From: Lama glama
Lineage: Eukaryota
Length of the DNA stretch: 64,000 nt
Direction of reading: 5' to 3'
NCBI GenBank assembly: GCA_028534125.1
Contig: CM052817.1
Span: forward strand, 102,798,001 to 102,862,000
Shown here piece by piece: positions 1 to 14,040 of the stretch. Position 1 is the stretch's first letter, and each line of letters opens with the position of its first letter. The translations under genes were made by a program, and so were the position numbers. The notes under the pieces are model-generated. The model had not been told where the DNA came from, searched no databases, and saw nothing but the letters and a program-made list of their open reading frames with translations.

Positions 1-190
1 ATAAAATGCCAGAAGAGGAAATAAGTGATGAAAAGACAGGCAATTTATCTGAGAAAGAGTTTAAAGTAATGATGGCCAAGATGATGGGAGAACTCAAAGG
101 AGCACAGATGTACAGAGTGAAGTTTCTAGCAAAGAGCTGGAAAATATACAGAATATCCAAACAGAGTTGAAGAATAAAATCACTGAAATG
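1..190 (+). mobile_element. L1 ORF1 fragment (continues left of the window)
   Basis: Translates KMPEEEISDEKTGNLSEKEFKVMMAKMMGEL.. and, after a frameshift, ELENIQNIQTELKNKITEM; resembles the L1 ORF1p N-terminus/coiled coil. Confidence 0.7.
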
Positions 191-560
191 AGTATATATA
201 TCTTTTTTAATTAATGTTTTTGTTTTTCTCAGATATATGCCCAGGAGTGGACTTGCTGGGCCATATGGTGGTTCTATCTTTAGATTTTTTGAGAAACCTC
301 CATATTGCTTTCCATAGTGGCTGCACCAACTTGCATTCTCACCAATGGGGTACAAGGGTTCTCCCTTCTCCACACCCTTGCCAACATTTGTTATTTGTGT
401 TCTTCTTGATGATGGCCATTCTGACAGGTATGAGATGATATCACACTGTGATTTGCACTTTCCTGATATTGGTGATGTTGAGCAAATTTTCATGTTCCTG
501 TTGGCCATCTGCATTTCCTCTTTTAGAAAAATATCTATTCAGTTCTTCTGCCCATATTTT
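191..560 (-). mobile_element. L1 ORF2 C-terminal fragment
   Basis: Reverse of classic ORF2 3' motifs (AGAATGGCCATCATCAAG, GGTGCAGCCACTATGGAAAGC, CCAGCAAGTCCACTCCTGGGCATATA). Confidence 0.9.
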
Positions 561-1917
561 AAATACATTGTTTATTTGCTTTTTAATTGACGCACAGTTT
601 ATTTTTTTTTAAAAAGTCATTTCTGACACAACTAATAGCTTTAGGGAAACTGAGGAAGTAGAAGCCATTCAATGCTTAGCTCACCTTAGAACTGGCAGGA
701 AGATTCCTATTTTCAAAAAGTGTAGCTCATAGGAAAGCTTTTCTAAGATTACTATGAAAATATTTTCTTCATTTTAATATTCCCCCAAATTTCAGATAAT
801 TATTAAAGAAAAATGATGTGTCATGTGGGTAACATATGTTAGAAATATAAATTATAGCTTTTCCCATCATAAAACTTACACATGATGTAAAGAAGATCTC
901 AAAAGGTCTGCCGAGCTCTAAACTTCTACAATTCTTTGAAATACAAGTTCATCACACTTCAGACTTGAATTTCCTTTAAGGAAACATAAAAGTCTGCAAC
1001 ATCTTTTTTACCTCAAAGCCATTGATAAGAGATGAAAAAAGGCACAGAAGTGCCTTGACTACTACAAGCAGAATTTTCAAAAATTAATTAAAAAGAAAGA
1101 AGAAAAAGTAGGAGGGAGGAAAAAGAAGCAGAGATACATACACAAAGATCAAATTATGGTATAAAACCCACAAATATTACCAACATTATTGCCCAGACAC
1201 AAAACATTACATTTCTGTTCTCTCACTTCTTTGCAAGTATTCAACAGATATATAGCAAATAAAAAATCATTTTTAGAAGGAAATTTTATCATATTAGAAG
1301 TTTTGAATCTTGTTCATTTTAAAATAAACACAGAACGAAAGTTGTTGGGGGAAAGAGAAAAACAACAGAAAGTAGGAAAAGCTCAAAACAAACATTTGAT
1401 ACATTTTCTCTGGGCTTGAACCAGTGTTGACCAAGACACATACACGACAGAAAACTGGATCTTTATTACAGCAAATTGTATTTTGTAAAAGAAAGACAGT
1501 GTCAACTAAACGCATCTTTTATTGGGGTTAAGAAATTAATCTTTACTTGTAAACCATGAGCACATTCATAGTGAAAAACTACTTATATAGTGAAAATATA
1601 CCCATTTTCACAAGTAAAATATACCAGGTTCTCCTGAACAGGTAATTTTGTTATGACTTAACACGTGAATTTTGGTTAGTTTTTTCTAGAACAGTCTATG
1701 TGACATGACCCTAATGTTTTCATAGTACTTTAATACATGAGGAAAATGCTGCATGTTCATACACTAAATAAAAAACTCTCCCTGAGGAATTTTCAATCGC
1801 CCAGAAACAGTCTAAAATATCACTCAATGCCAACAGGAATTATAAGCAGTTGCAGAAATGAGAAACAGAGCAAAGAAAGACTACAGCATCTATACGATTG
1901 TACTCCTGAAATGTATC

Positions 1918-2010
1918 TTCCTTCTCTCCCTCCCTCCCTCCTTCCTTCCTTCCATCTATCCATCCTTCCTTCCTTCCTCCCTCTCTCTGTCTCTCTCTTT
2001 TTTTCTTTTT
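1918..2010 (+). repeat. CCTT/CT-rich low-complexity tract
   Basis: cttccttctctccctccctccctccttccttcc...ctctctctgtctctctc. Confidence 0.8.
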
Positions 2011-2016
2011 AGTTTA

Positions 2017-2274
<258 letters not shown>

Positions 2275-3334
2275 TCACCCCCTTCTAAGCACCTTTCCAT
2301 TGATAATCAAACATCCCAGCGTTAAATTTCAACTCTCTTCTGGACTTTTCAAAATCTAGAAAGTTGCAGTCTCTCTTCCTTAGTCTTCAGGACAACTATT
2401 TCAATCATCTCATCTCATCTCATTTATAAAGGATTATTTTGTAGCTTTGGAACCAAACAAATGACGGCTGCACTACATTTTAGATCACTTTAAAGTGGAC
2501 AAGCAATAGAAAGAAAACTGGGGGTCAGTTTTCTTTTCTTTTAAATGTGTGTAATAATATCTACTTCACATGGTGGTTGTGAAAATTAGTAAAAAGATTT
2601 ATGTAAAGCACAATATAGTCTGATGTAGTAAGATCAAAATCAGAAGTTTAGTTCCTCAAACTCTCTTTTCCAAGACAAGCAACTCCTGGAAAGAGTTATT
2701 TGAGCCAGTAGGCAAGATCAGCCATAGGAAATAGAGCATGTTTGTTATTCCAAATACTCCATTTAACAACTGGTTTTCTTCCCCTTTAAAAGACATGCTA
2801 TTGACTATACTTCAATTAAAAAACAAGTACTATTTATTTTAGCTCTTTCCTATTGATAGTGAAATCAGCAAAATTAGGGTATTCAAAAGCAAGTTAAATG
2901 AAAAGAACACATATTGTACACAGTTCCTAATCAATCCTAGGGAGCCAAGGCTGAGCTAAATAACTGGGCTTTTTAATTGCCTTTGTGTATATATGGATAT
3001 GTATGTAAATGTGTGTATGTATGTCAACTAATATGAATATTACCATATTTATGAATATACTTAAAAACTCTACCTGTACTTTTATGTTTTGGGTAGATTT
3101 TTAAAAAAATACAAACTGTTTATTTTTAGGAGTCCCACAGAAATAACAGCCACATTGCTTTATTATTATCTGGTTTACAATGTCTTCTGTTTTGAAGGAA
3201 TTGCATTTTCTTCACAACTGTGTGCATTTTATTCCAGTAGAAGAGGGAGGCAGAAAGAGAGAATGAGACTACACGAAAGAGAGAAATGGGCAGGGGTTTT
3301 GGGCAGGGAACATCACGTGCAAAGCCAGCGCTAC

Positions 3335-3460
3335 CTTCGCAGGTCCTTTTGTCAGGTCCCAGCTCGTAACCAGGCTCACACGAGCACTGGTAACTGCCCA
3401 GTGTGTTCACACAACGCTGCTCGCAGCCTCCCCGGTCAGGCTTGGCACACTCGTCTTCCT
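3335..3460 (-). CDS. TLL1: TLL1 coding exon (~exon 14), Ca-binding EGF1
   Basis: 126 nt, tatAG/GTagcg; (E)[41 protein letters not shown](A); six EGF cysteines; symmetric phase 1/1. Confidence 0.97.
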
Positions 3461-4699
3461 CTATAAATGTGGCGACAATTAGAGAACAACTAGAATATTT
3501 TGTTTTTATAGATTAATGTGTAATTTTTTGGAAAACATGATGTTTAATAGCTCTGAATGAAACTAAGACAACTGATTTTTTTCAACAAAGGAGCAGGAAC
3601 AATTTGCAAGCCCTTGGTGGATGAAATACAAGAATCCATGTCATTGCAATCTAAGAATTGTTTAAGAACCAGAAAGACTGGGCCAACTGAAGATCCCCTT
3701 ATCTCAGACACAGCATATGTTTTTTCCTGAACTTCATGGCAAAGAGGATTATTAAAACTTAGAGATTTTTTTTCTGAATGGAATAAAAACTTACAGAAAA
3801 AATATAGATTCGCCTGTTCATTTCATAGTATAGTTTGCTAGGTGGTCTAAAAAATGCTTTTAAAGAAATAATCTTTATTTAAAAAATAGATAATGGTGAC
3901 TGAAAAGTAAAAAGAAAGAAAACTCAGAAACTTACTGGACCTCTTTAAATTTAAAGTATTCAGTGCTTTTTATATAGACATATTGATCCAGAAAATATAA
4001 TAATCTCATTTTTTATAAACACACATACTATTTAAATTTTATATGAAAACATGAAACATACATACAAAATAGACATGTAAAAAATGTATACTATTTTAAA
4101 AAACATACATAACCAGGTACTCCATAATCTTACTCTTCAGGAATAACCTATTGTGAGTTAGGAAAATAACAAACAATATTCTCTGGAGAAATTTTGCATT
4201 ATCAAAACACTAAGCATTTTGATAACCAAATATATAAACATCACATTAGAGACTCTTATAGCATGTTTCTTCTACTGTAAAACATAGAGAAGATTCAAAT
4301 GAACATTTTAATGAATACTTTGAATACATATAGTAAAAGTGCCAAGTTTTCTGCCTTTCAATTCATATAATGAATATCTAAGTAATGCTCAGGGGAAAGC
4401 TATTAGATTGTTGCTCTTTGAATAATAAAAATGTCTAGATACTAGTCACACTGAAATCTGACATACACAACTGAAAAAACAAACAAACAAACAAAAAAAA
4501 CAGATGGCAGAATATCCTAATGGAGTTCCTACCCTGTGCTACAAAGCTCCAAATTTCACTATTTACCGATAATCTTTTCCATCAAAATATCTTCATGAAC
4601 ATACTTCAACATTCAATATTACTTTACTCTAGTTCTTCCCTAATTCGCAGCTAAATACCACATTTATCTTTGACAAAGAAAAGCTTACACTTTGTATTA

Positions 4700-5071
<372 letters not shown>

Positions 5072-8000
5072 CTACACTTTCTGTGAATAAAGGTTGTATT
5101 AATCTGGTAGACAGAAAAAAAAATCTATGAAAAAGTGCAGCCACATGCTTTAAGATCAACAGAAGTTAACTGCCTTAAAAAAAATACAAGGAATAATTCT
5201 TTGGAAAATAGAATTCAAGAAAATTCAGACTTAAAATTATCATTAGGTATCTGGACTAGATACGCTGTTTCATCATAGTTCACCCACAGAGCCAGAATTT
5301 TATTAATAGAGAAGCTGAACTAGAAATATTGCAGTGTTTTAGGTTATACATCTCTTTTGAAGGAAAATCTGATAACATGGGATTACATTTTTTCATAGTC
5401 TATGAAATTCTTTATCTGTAGTTAGCAGAGCTGTGTGTGGAAAGACTAGTCACTGGCTGTCCCTGCTCAGGGTAACAGGGCTTGTTTAGATGAACCCTTT
5501 TACCTTAACACATTCCTCTCACTCTGTGCAGCCTGGAACTCAATCTCTTTCCTAAACAGCTAAATGCAAATATTAGCTCAGACTACTGGTCTATAAAACT
5601 ATAAAGAAGTGCATGTTCACAGACCTTTGTTTTAGCCCTGAACTTCTACAAACAACAAACCAAAATTTACAAACTGTTTTACAAATTGTAAGACCATTTC
5701 TAAATAAATTCTTGCTTTTTACTTTTCATAGAAAATGGGCACTAACCCTGAAGTCTTAATAGAGTCAATTACTTACTAGGTATTTGAAGCCAGAAAGCAC
5801 TGTCATCTATAATTAATCAGCCATGCACAGTATCACGTCTTGTCAAACATCATTCAACATACAACTCACTAATTTACGGAATTCTCCCAGTACGAAAAGA
5901 ATGTCAAGAAACACGTTCATTCCATGAACTAAAATCTATATGCCTGAAACTGCTGGTATAGTTGGTTGAAGATCCCTTTCCTGATTTGTGAATATATTAA
6001 CAGTGATAGTCTTCAAATTAAGATGAACAGAAAAAATAGATTTTGAAGCAGATTTGATTACAACTAAGGACTGCCTTTGCTGCTGCCCTTTTCCCAGTCA
6101 CAAATCAGGATTCACTCGTTCCTTCAACAAATGTTCAGGGCCTGTTCTCTGCTGGGCATCCCTCTCCCCTCTCACTGCTCAGTATGTGTCGTTCAGCCAA
6201 ATAACAAAGAACCTCACCCTCCCGGAGCTTATCCTGGTGGGTAGAGAGCAAAGGAACAGCAAACAGGGTAAGTAATAATCATAAAGCACAAGAAAACAAT
6301 ACATTCTATGGAAAAATACAAGATGAAACAAGACAGGAAGGATGAGAAGTGGATGCGGGGAGTGGAGGTTGCAATTTTAAATTATACTATCCGTACGAGC
6401 TCACTGTGACTCATATATACGGGTTTTTTCCCCTCAAAATGTATTCTCTTTGTGTGTGGAATTGTGGGAAAGAATTGGAAAATATTTAACACTAAAAATA
6501 TCTCATTTTAAAAGCATATTTAAGCAGGGAGATGCGAGAGAGTTAGCATTTCCATTAGTAATGACGTGTGACCGGGGAGGACAAGGGCAATGTGACCAGC
6601 TAGAGACATGCCTTCTTCTCTCAGTCTTTAATATACTCCCTTCAAAATCAGGGGTCTCTATAAATATGAGAACATTTCCAGATGACCAAATGCTATTCTC
6701 TGGTCAAGGGGACATATAACATCTAAAACTCTTCAGGGTACAGAGCTTGGTAAAAGAATAAGCAAATAAGCTAAAGCTGAACTGATGACAGGAGTGTAGG
6801 GAAAAGAACCAAAGGGCTCAGTCAGCCGACGATGTTTCTTCAGCTGCTTGAGCAGCACAGAATGAACTGATCCAAACTCATGAACCACATTGGGAGAGGC
6901 GGGAGAGGCTAAGTTCAAAGAGGAAAGAAAGTGAGAACACACAGTAAAGAAAGAAGATGCTTGCGGCAGAGGGTCAATTAATAGAATAAAATCACAGTGC
7001 TTCATATTGGAAGCCATACAAGGTAAAAAAAATAAGGTTAATTTGAAAGGTTTTAAATGACTAGTTTGAAGAAATTACTGCTTTAAAAAATTACAGTAAG
7101 AAGAGAACAAGATACAGGCTATTGAAAAAAATTACATTTCTTCAGTGATTAAAGAGAAATAGGATAATGGATATTTCCCTGTATATAAAACTCACTCTGT
7201 CCCTTTGACAGTTATAGAATAGACCTCTTTACATTTTAATGTATAGCATAGTCACTGCTTACTCAGTAAAAGTTAGAGGTTCAGATATTTTATATGACAG
7301 ACAAAGTGTAAATAGCTCACGGGTAAATGCATAAAAATGACCAATTTTAGGGCTAATTCCACCAGTACCTATGTATGAATTACCTATTACTTACATATTA
7401 AGTATTATGCACGTGGCATTAGGGGTAACACAATGGAAATAGACACTATATTCCCACACAGTGAATGTCATTGTTGTTGACATAGATACCAATGACCTGA
7501 ATCTCTGTTTACATATTGTTTCCAGTTTAATTGCCATAATCCTAATTGCAAAGCCAGCACAGTAAATCTGCTCTATTGGTGTAAATTACCACTATACCTC
7601 TTCAACTGTATCTACACAACAGTATTGATGGACAGCACAAACGAGAGTCTGAGTTATTCTATTTATGTTATTTGCATATCATTTTCTCCAGTGGTATCAA
7701 TTACTTTATCAATTAGTACACAGAATCGATAGAAATAAATATGGTTCAAGCTAAAAAGTGGCAAAGTCCATTGATAGTATGCCAGTAACCCTAAGAACCA
7801 TAAGAAAAAGAACAGCAAAATCAATGATTCATAAAAACAAAGAAAGAAAAGCAGTTTCCTCTTGATTTAAAGCATGGACACAGTTCATAGCCCTGGGACC
7901 TGAATTCAATGTCACGCACAATTACACATATAATAAATATGTTTTAATAACGATGATGCTGGTTTATTATAGACTTTAAGGTAATCAGAGCATAAACCAT

Positions 8001-8574
8001 ATAGGTGTGTGGCAAGTTTATCATAACATAAACAGATCTAACATGTATATAGAGAAAACAATGGAAGGGATAGTAAGCTGTGAAGATCTTTTTAGAAAAC
8101 TGATGTATAAATGATAATGGAAGTAGATCCAAACACACAAAGAAGGAAGAACAAGTACAAAGATTAGCCAGAATGGATTAATATTACATTTCATTACTAA
8201 GTGGGGACTCATGCCTTTACTGGCAAGTTAGAGAGGAAGCATGGAAAAGCTGAGTAATTTTATTTAGTAAGAACTAAAATCAATTAAACGTAACCTCAAG
8301 TAGTCAAGCCTTTCATTCTAACACTGCCAACCAGTGCAGAGCTTTGTGGCCAGTGCATAGGGGTGAGCTCTAAGACTGCAGGAAAGCCAGCCCTGGAGCA
8401 AGAGACCGTGCCCAGGGGTAGGACCCATTCACACACTTGGCCTTTATTTTATAATCAAATTTCCAAATAAATATACCACTGCAAAAACATCTACTGCGAT
8501 ACCTAGTTATTTTGAAAAATCTCTGAAAACTCCAAAACTTCCAGGTAATAGTTTCAGTAAAAGCTCTCCCATAC

Positions 8575-9162
8575 TCTCTGAAAAACTGAAAATAAAATTA
8601 CCATATAATTCAGCAATTCTACTTCTGGGTATATATTTAAAAAATTGAAAGCAGGGTCTTGGAGAGAGGTTTGAACATCCACCTTCATACAAGCATTATT
8701 CATAACAGCCAAGAGGTGGAAGCAACCCAAATGCCTATCAGTGGATGAATGGATAAGCAAAATATGGTATATACACACAATGGAATATTAGCCTTAAAAA
8801 GGAAGGAAATCTTTTCATGTGCTACAGCATGCAAAAGCCTTGAGGATATTACACTAAGCGAAATTTTTTAAAGTCACCAAAAAAGGTCAAATATTGTATG
8901 ATTCCACTTACATGAGGTACCTAGAGTAGTCAACTTCATAGAGACATGAAGCAGAAGCGTGATTACCAGGGGCTGGAGGGAAGAGGGAATGGGGAGTTGT
9001 TGCTTACTGGGTAAATAGTTTCAGTTTTGCAAGATGAAAAGAGTTCTTGAGGTTGATTGCACAGCAGTGTGAATGTACTTAACACTGCTGTGTCAGATAC
9101 TTAAAAAATAGTTAAGATGGTAAATTTTCTGTTACGTCTGTTTTTGCCATAATAAAAAAAAA
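8575..9162 (+). mobile_element. L1 (L1MB-like) ORF2 end and 3'UTR
   Basis: CAGCAATTCTACTTCTGGGTATA, GGAAGCAACCCAAATGCC, GTTTCAGTTTTGCAAGATGAAAAG, ending in AATAAAAAAAAA. Confidence 0.9.
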
Positions 9163-10264
9163 CCTCTTCTATGAGTGTTAGAATGTAATTTCAAAATATA
9201 ATTAATGCTACCAACCAGAAAAATGATTAAACTTTTATAGATAATATAACTTAAAATTCTACACACTTGGAATAATGCTCAAGTCATTATTTTTTGCTTT
9301 GGGGGAAAATGTTAAAGAAAAGTATGACTAGCAAAAACAACCTAGATTTTTTATTAAATTTAAATTTTTATTTAAATTTTTTATTAAAAATAAATCAATT
9401 TTAATATAGGAAAATACAGTAAAGTCTAAGTAATAATGCTACTGATAAAAGGAATTTTGAATAAAAAGAAGAAAAGTTGAATAGATGATTATTTTCAAAT
9501 GTAACAGTATCATGTTTAATATTTTATTACTTAATATTTTTATTATTACTTTTTAATACTTAACAAATATTGATAAATGTGTAACTGCAGCTCAAAAATG
9601 TAGGAGAAAAAAACAAATATGCACAGTCATGTGAAAATCAAAACCATGAGTCTGGGTTAGATCTATTTTCATATGATTCTGGTTTTTCAATGTTGCCATT
9701 GGATTTCTTTTTTCCTTTATGACACTATTATTTTTAGCTCACTCATAAATTTAATAAATATTTACTGAAAATCTACTATTGCCAATTAATATATACTTGG
9801 TAGTGCATGAACAGTGATGAATAAACAGACATGTCCCTGATTGGCATTCAGTGATTAAATGACACAAATGTACAAATGGCAATACTTAATGAAGGGAACA
9901 AATTTAACTTGCTACCAAGACCTGCATGCAAGAGTGCCAGGCCATGAAATTGGTTTCAATCACAGTGCGAGCAATTATGAATTGCGTGACCTTTGGCAAA
10001 TTTATTTAATCTAACCTTTCAGAGTAGAATGATAACCTAAACTATAATTCTGAAGAGATACTTGTCTTTTATTGTCATTAACCAATATATATTCTTAGCC
10101 AAATATCCCAGAACAGGACAGGGCAAGCATAAAATTTTAACTCATTAAGGTCTCCTTGTCTTGGCTTCCTAGTTGATTCACAAAGACTAGTCTACTCAAC
10201 TGAAACTAATACAAAACATTTAAAGGAATTAGAGGATTACTTTTAATCGGGTAATTCAGAAAGC

Positions 10265-10330
10265 ACAGTTGACCCCTGAATAACGTTGGAGCTAGGGGTG
10301 CCATGCTGGTGCAGCTGAAAAACTGTACCT
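10265..10330. mobile_element. Tigger-family (MER8/Tigger2-like) terminal fragment
   Basis: ACAGTTGACCCCTGAATAACG...TAGGGGTGCC resembles the recalled TIR CAGTTGACCCTTGAACAAC. Confidence 0.5.
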
Positions 10331-10603
10331 TCTATCTCTGCCTCAGAAACAAAGAAACTGATAAATGACTCATCCAAGGTGAGGAGGCTGAAACAGTTGG
10401 AAAGATTCACCACTCAAACCCTAGTTCTTTTGATTCTGTATATTGTGATCTCAAATCAAACAAAAACTTTCCCCCGCACTTAGTTAAAGATCTGTAAAAC
10501 GAAAATAAAAGGTACTATGCTTATTTTTTTTCAATCCACTTAAAAGTGGGCCTCAGTCGAACTTGCGTTGTTCAAAGCATCAACTGTACCAAGATAAAAA
10601 CTT

Positions 10604-10931
10604 TTGGGGGAGATGGCCAAGATGGCAGTGTAGAAGAACTTGTGGCTCACCCGCTCTCATGAATACCTCAAAACTACATCTAAATAAGGAACAACTCTCA
10701 CAGAATACATACTGAACTTTGGCAGAATATCTCTTACAATCAGAAATACAAAGAAAATCTTCTCAAAACTGGGTAGGAAAAAAGAAAAAAAGAAAATTGG
10801 GGTGGGATCTATCCCTTGTAGAGGGAACAGCAAAGGAGGAACAGCACCCTCCTCTGGGAAGCCCGCTGCCCAGTGGGGAGGTCCACTGGGACAGAAAGGG
10901 AGCTACAGAGACTTGGAGGAGAAAACAGTGA
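10604..10931 (+). mobile_element. L1 5'UTR-only fragment
   Basis: Starts GGGGGAGATGGCCAAGATGGC (YY1-type L1 start), then AACTACATCT..GGAACAACTCTCACAGAA..ACTGAAC..TGGCAGAA as in recalled cetartiodactyl L1 5' ends; flanked by ATAAAAACTT repeats. Confidence 0.75.
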
Positions 10932-11132
10932 ATAAAAACTTCTGTCAGAAAGACAGAAAACACTGAGAATAGTGACAACTTCTTTTTAATTATATCAGTA
11001 ATTTTCCCAAATAAAATATATAAGCTGTATATTGAAAATATATTATGTAAACAAAAATCAGTTGATATAAAAAGATAACTGACTAACTGAAACAAACCAC
11101 ATAACAACCACTGGACCAAATTTAAAATATAC

Positions 11133-11322
11133 CCAGTAGATTCTAGGTACTCGCTCTAGTTGAGTTCTTGAATAAAGTCACTGAAAATACTGAGTTTGTG
11201 AATACTGATTCATAGCTCATAGGGAAATACATGGTTGGGTTCTGAACCCCTGGCCACAGAATTTTTGTCAGCCAATCAACACTTAAGCTTGTTTTATGTG
11301 TGTTTCTACTTAAAGACACCTT
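11133..11322. mobile_element. Tigger-family DNA transposon relic (MER82-like)
   Basis: CAGTAGATTCT...AAAGTCACTG..TAGGGAAATACA..GTTTTATGTGTGTTTCT..AAAGACACCTT matches the recalled MER82 5' part. Confidence 0.6.
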
Positions 11323-12197
11323 CACACAGTGGACAGCGTCCTCTACTGCCTTCTGATCACTTGGACAGTGAATAGGCCTTCTGAACAGTAAGGGAATAAT
11401 CTCCAGTTATGGCATCGGCATCTCTTAGGTCCTACCTGAACCTACTGCCATCACCTCATCATTCTTTTCCACTTCACTTTAGGATCTCTGTTTCTAGCCT
11501 GATTCTATTGTTTAAACACACTCAGCAGTTCCTGACGAATTCCCACAGCTCTTGGCTTCTAATCCCTTACTCAGTTCTCCCCACCACACATAAAATGACT
11601 CATGAGCCAGCGCGGTGGTCCTGGACACAGACTTCTGACTGGCCTTTGGTTTATTCTGCCCTCATCTAATAATGTAACGTTGGTGCTGACCTCTCTCTCA
11701 ATAAATATTTTTGATGAAGTCAAAAGCTCCTAAGAATATTTAAATCTCTATTTCTGATATAAACAATTGTCTGCATAATGGTAAAAAGCTGAAAAATGGA
11801 TTTCCCTCAACAACAAAAGACAATCTACCTTTTAACCTCTTAGTTTACAAGAGAAATAAAAGTTCTATTATTTAATGGACCCTTCAAGCATTCTTTGTGA
11901 AAAAAGCCCCTGGGCATTTATTTGTCAAAAGAAACTGTTGTCAGGACTTCAAACATTCTAATTCAACAAGCACAGATTATGTAAACGCACTTTAATCTTC
12001 TTGCAAATGTCTGCAATCAGAGGAAAGAAGAAAAAAACCCTCCTTGCTCTTGATGTTACATTTTATAGGCAATCCGCTGCTTCTTCACTAATTAAAAAGC
12101 TGCTTCTCTAATTCTTTGCTTCTTTAATGAGGATCCCCTTAAATGTATGGTCATTTATGGAGGATGTGCCCTGGGAAGGCTGCCTGAGGGACTTTAC

Positions 12198-12343
12198 CTC
12201 AAAGGCCTGGAAGGTCAGTCCCACATAGCAGCCTTCTGTCACTGTGATCTTCCACACACATTCTTTCATCGGCCTGTAGTCATCGGGGTAGTTAGGAGAC
12301 TGAATCTGTCCTTCATTTTTACGTATCTCACCTCCACAGATAG
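12198..12343 (-). CDS. TLL1: TLL1 coding exon (~exon 12), CUB2 N-terminal part
   Basis: 146 nt, ctcAG/GTaaag; (A)[48 protein letters not shown]. Confidence 0.97.
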
Positions 12344-13535
12344 CTGAGGAAAGCAAAACGAAACAAATAAATAAACCTAGACATGCCATTGCATTTTCAC
12401 TTTTTTCTAAGGGAACATTTTAGTTCCATGCCTGTAGCTGAGCACCTACAGACCAGGTTAGAAACATCAAGGTTGGCTGCTTATATTTAGTTGGCAAAAA
12501 AAAAAAACCCAAAACGAAAAAAAAAAAACAACCCAAAACCTGGCCACTCAACTATAAATATTAGATAATAGTCAGTAGAGGAGTAATCACTGTTAATCCA
12601 CATTTTTATAAAAACAAGCTTTCTTTTTTAACTTTTAAAAAACTTCTTGAGATTTTGTCAATTTCTTCTATGTGAGTTTGTGCTGTGATTCCCCGAATTG
12701 CTTCTTTTGGTCTTTCAATCTCAGGTGAAACTGCTGTGCAGAACTCCCTGGGCCCCTGGACCCCTGGCCCTGAGCAGACCTTGTGCTCAACACCTCTGGT
12801 TCCTTCCAATCCAGCCTCTTCACTGCCACCCAGTTAATCTCAGAAATAAACTCTTCTGTTCTCTTAAAAGTCTAAGGGAAGCAGAAATCTTCCGCCTTCT
12901 AAATTATCTTAATTTAGATAAAATAAATTAAATTATCTGGGCAGAGGCAGGAGCAAGAAAGGGTCTTCTCCACCCATGACCTGGCAAGAAGGAAGTGGTT
13001 TTGAAAGCCAGGAAACACAATGCCAGTTTATTGTTTAAAAGACACATAGAGCAAAGCCTCTAGGAATTTCTTCTTGAATGTTGACTCTTTCATTTAGACA
13101 AAGAAAGCTCCAGAACTGTGCAGTTTTTATAAAAGAGCATTTCAGTAGTACAGTCATCCAATACACACCAACTCAGTCAAGAGAAGTGGCTATTTCTTCA
13201 TAATATTTTAATACTATCGTGAAAAAACAGCCAAAATCTAAGAACTCTTGTACCATTTGTTGCCGTTTCCCACACATCCCTGATGAGTTGGTTTTTTTCC
13301 CCCACACTTCCCGGATGAGTCCATTTATATGTTACTACATTACTGGTACCAGAAGACAGGCTGTTCTTGCAATTTAAATTTACCGAGGATTTTCATTAAA
13401 ATCATCCTGCTAAACATTATAATACAGGCTTAGAAAACTTCATAATTAAGATACAGTAAGAAGATCATTCTAATGACATTGAGAGAAAGGACACTTTTGT
13501 TAAGAGATCTAAGGGGAAGTCATCTCTCAAACTCA

Positions 13536-13694
<159 letters not shown>

Positions 13695-13904
13695 CTAAAT
13701 ATGGCTCTGTATTCTCATTGCTTTCCACCTGGCTGCAAACTAAACACATAAAACCTGATTTGGTTCCTATTTCTACCCCCAGTACTAGAGCCATAACCAA
13801 ATGTGTGTTACCAAAACACATCGCCATGACATGACCAAAAGAGAAAAAGCTGTATCGGGTATATGAATGGCCAGGGAGTCTGTTAAAATGCAGCCTCTGG
13901 TTCA

Positions 13905-14040
13905 GACAGTCCGGGGTAGGACCTGAATTTGTATATTTCTAGCCTTCCAAGTGATTCTGGTGCTGCCGGTGGGAAGGCTACATTCTGAGTCTCAGAGGAA
14001 ATAGTGGGGCAAGTGTCCCACATGAACACTGTGGTCAGAC
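13905..14040. mobile_element. MER5-like hAT-Charlie relic
   Basis: GGGGTAGGACCTGAATTTGTATATTTCTAG..CCAAGTGATTCTGGTGCTGC motif. Confidence 0.5.
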
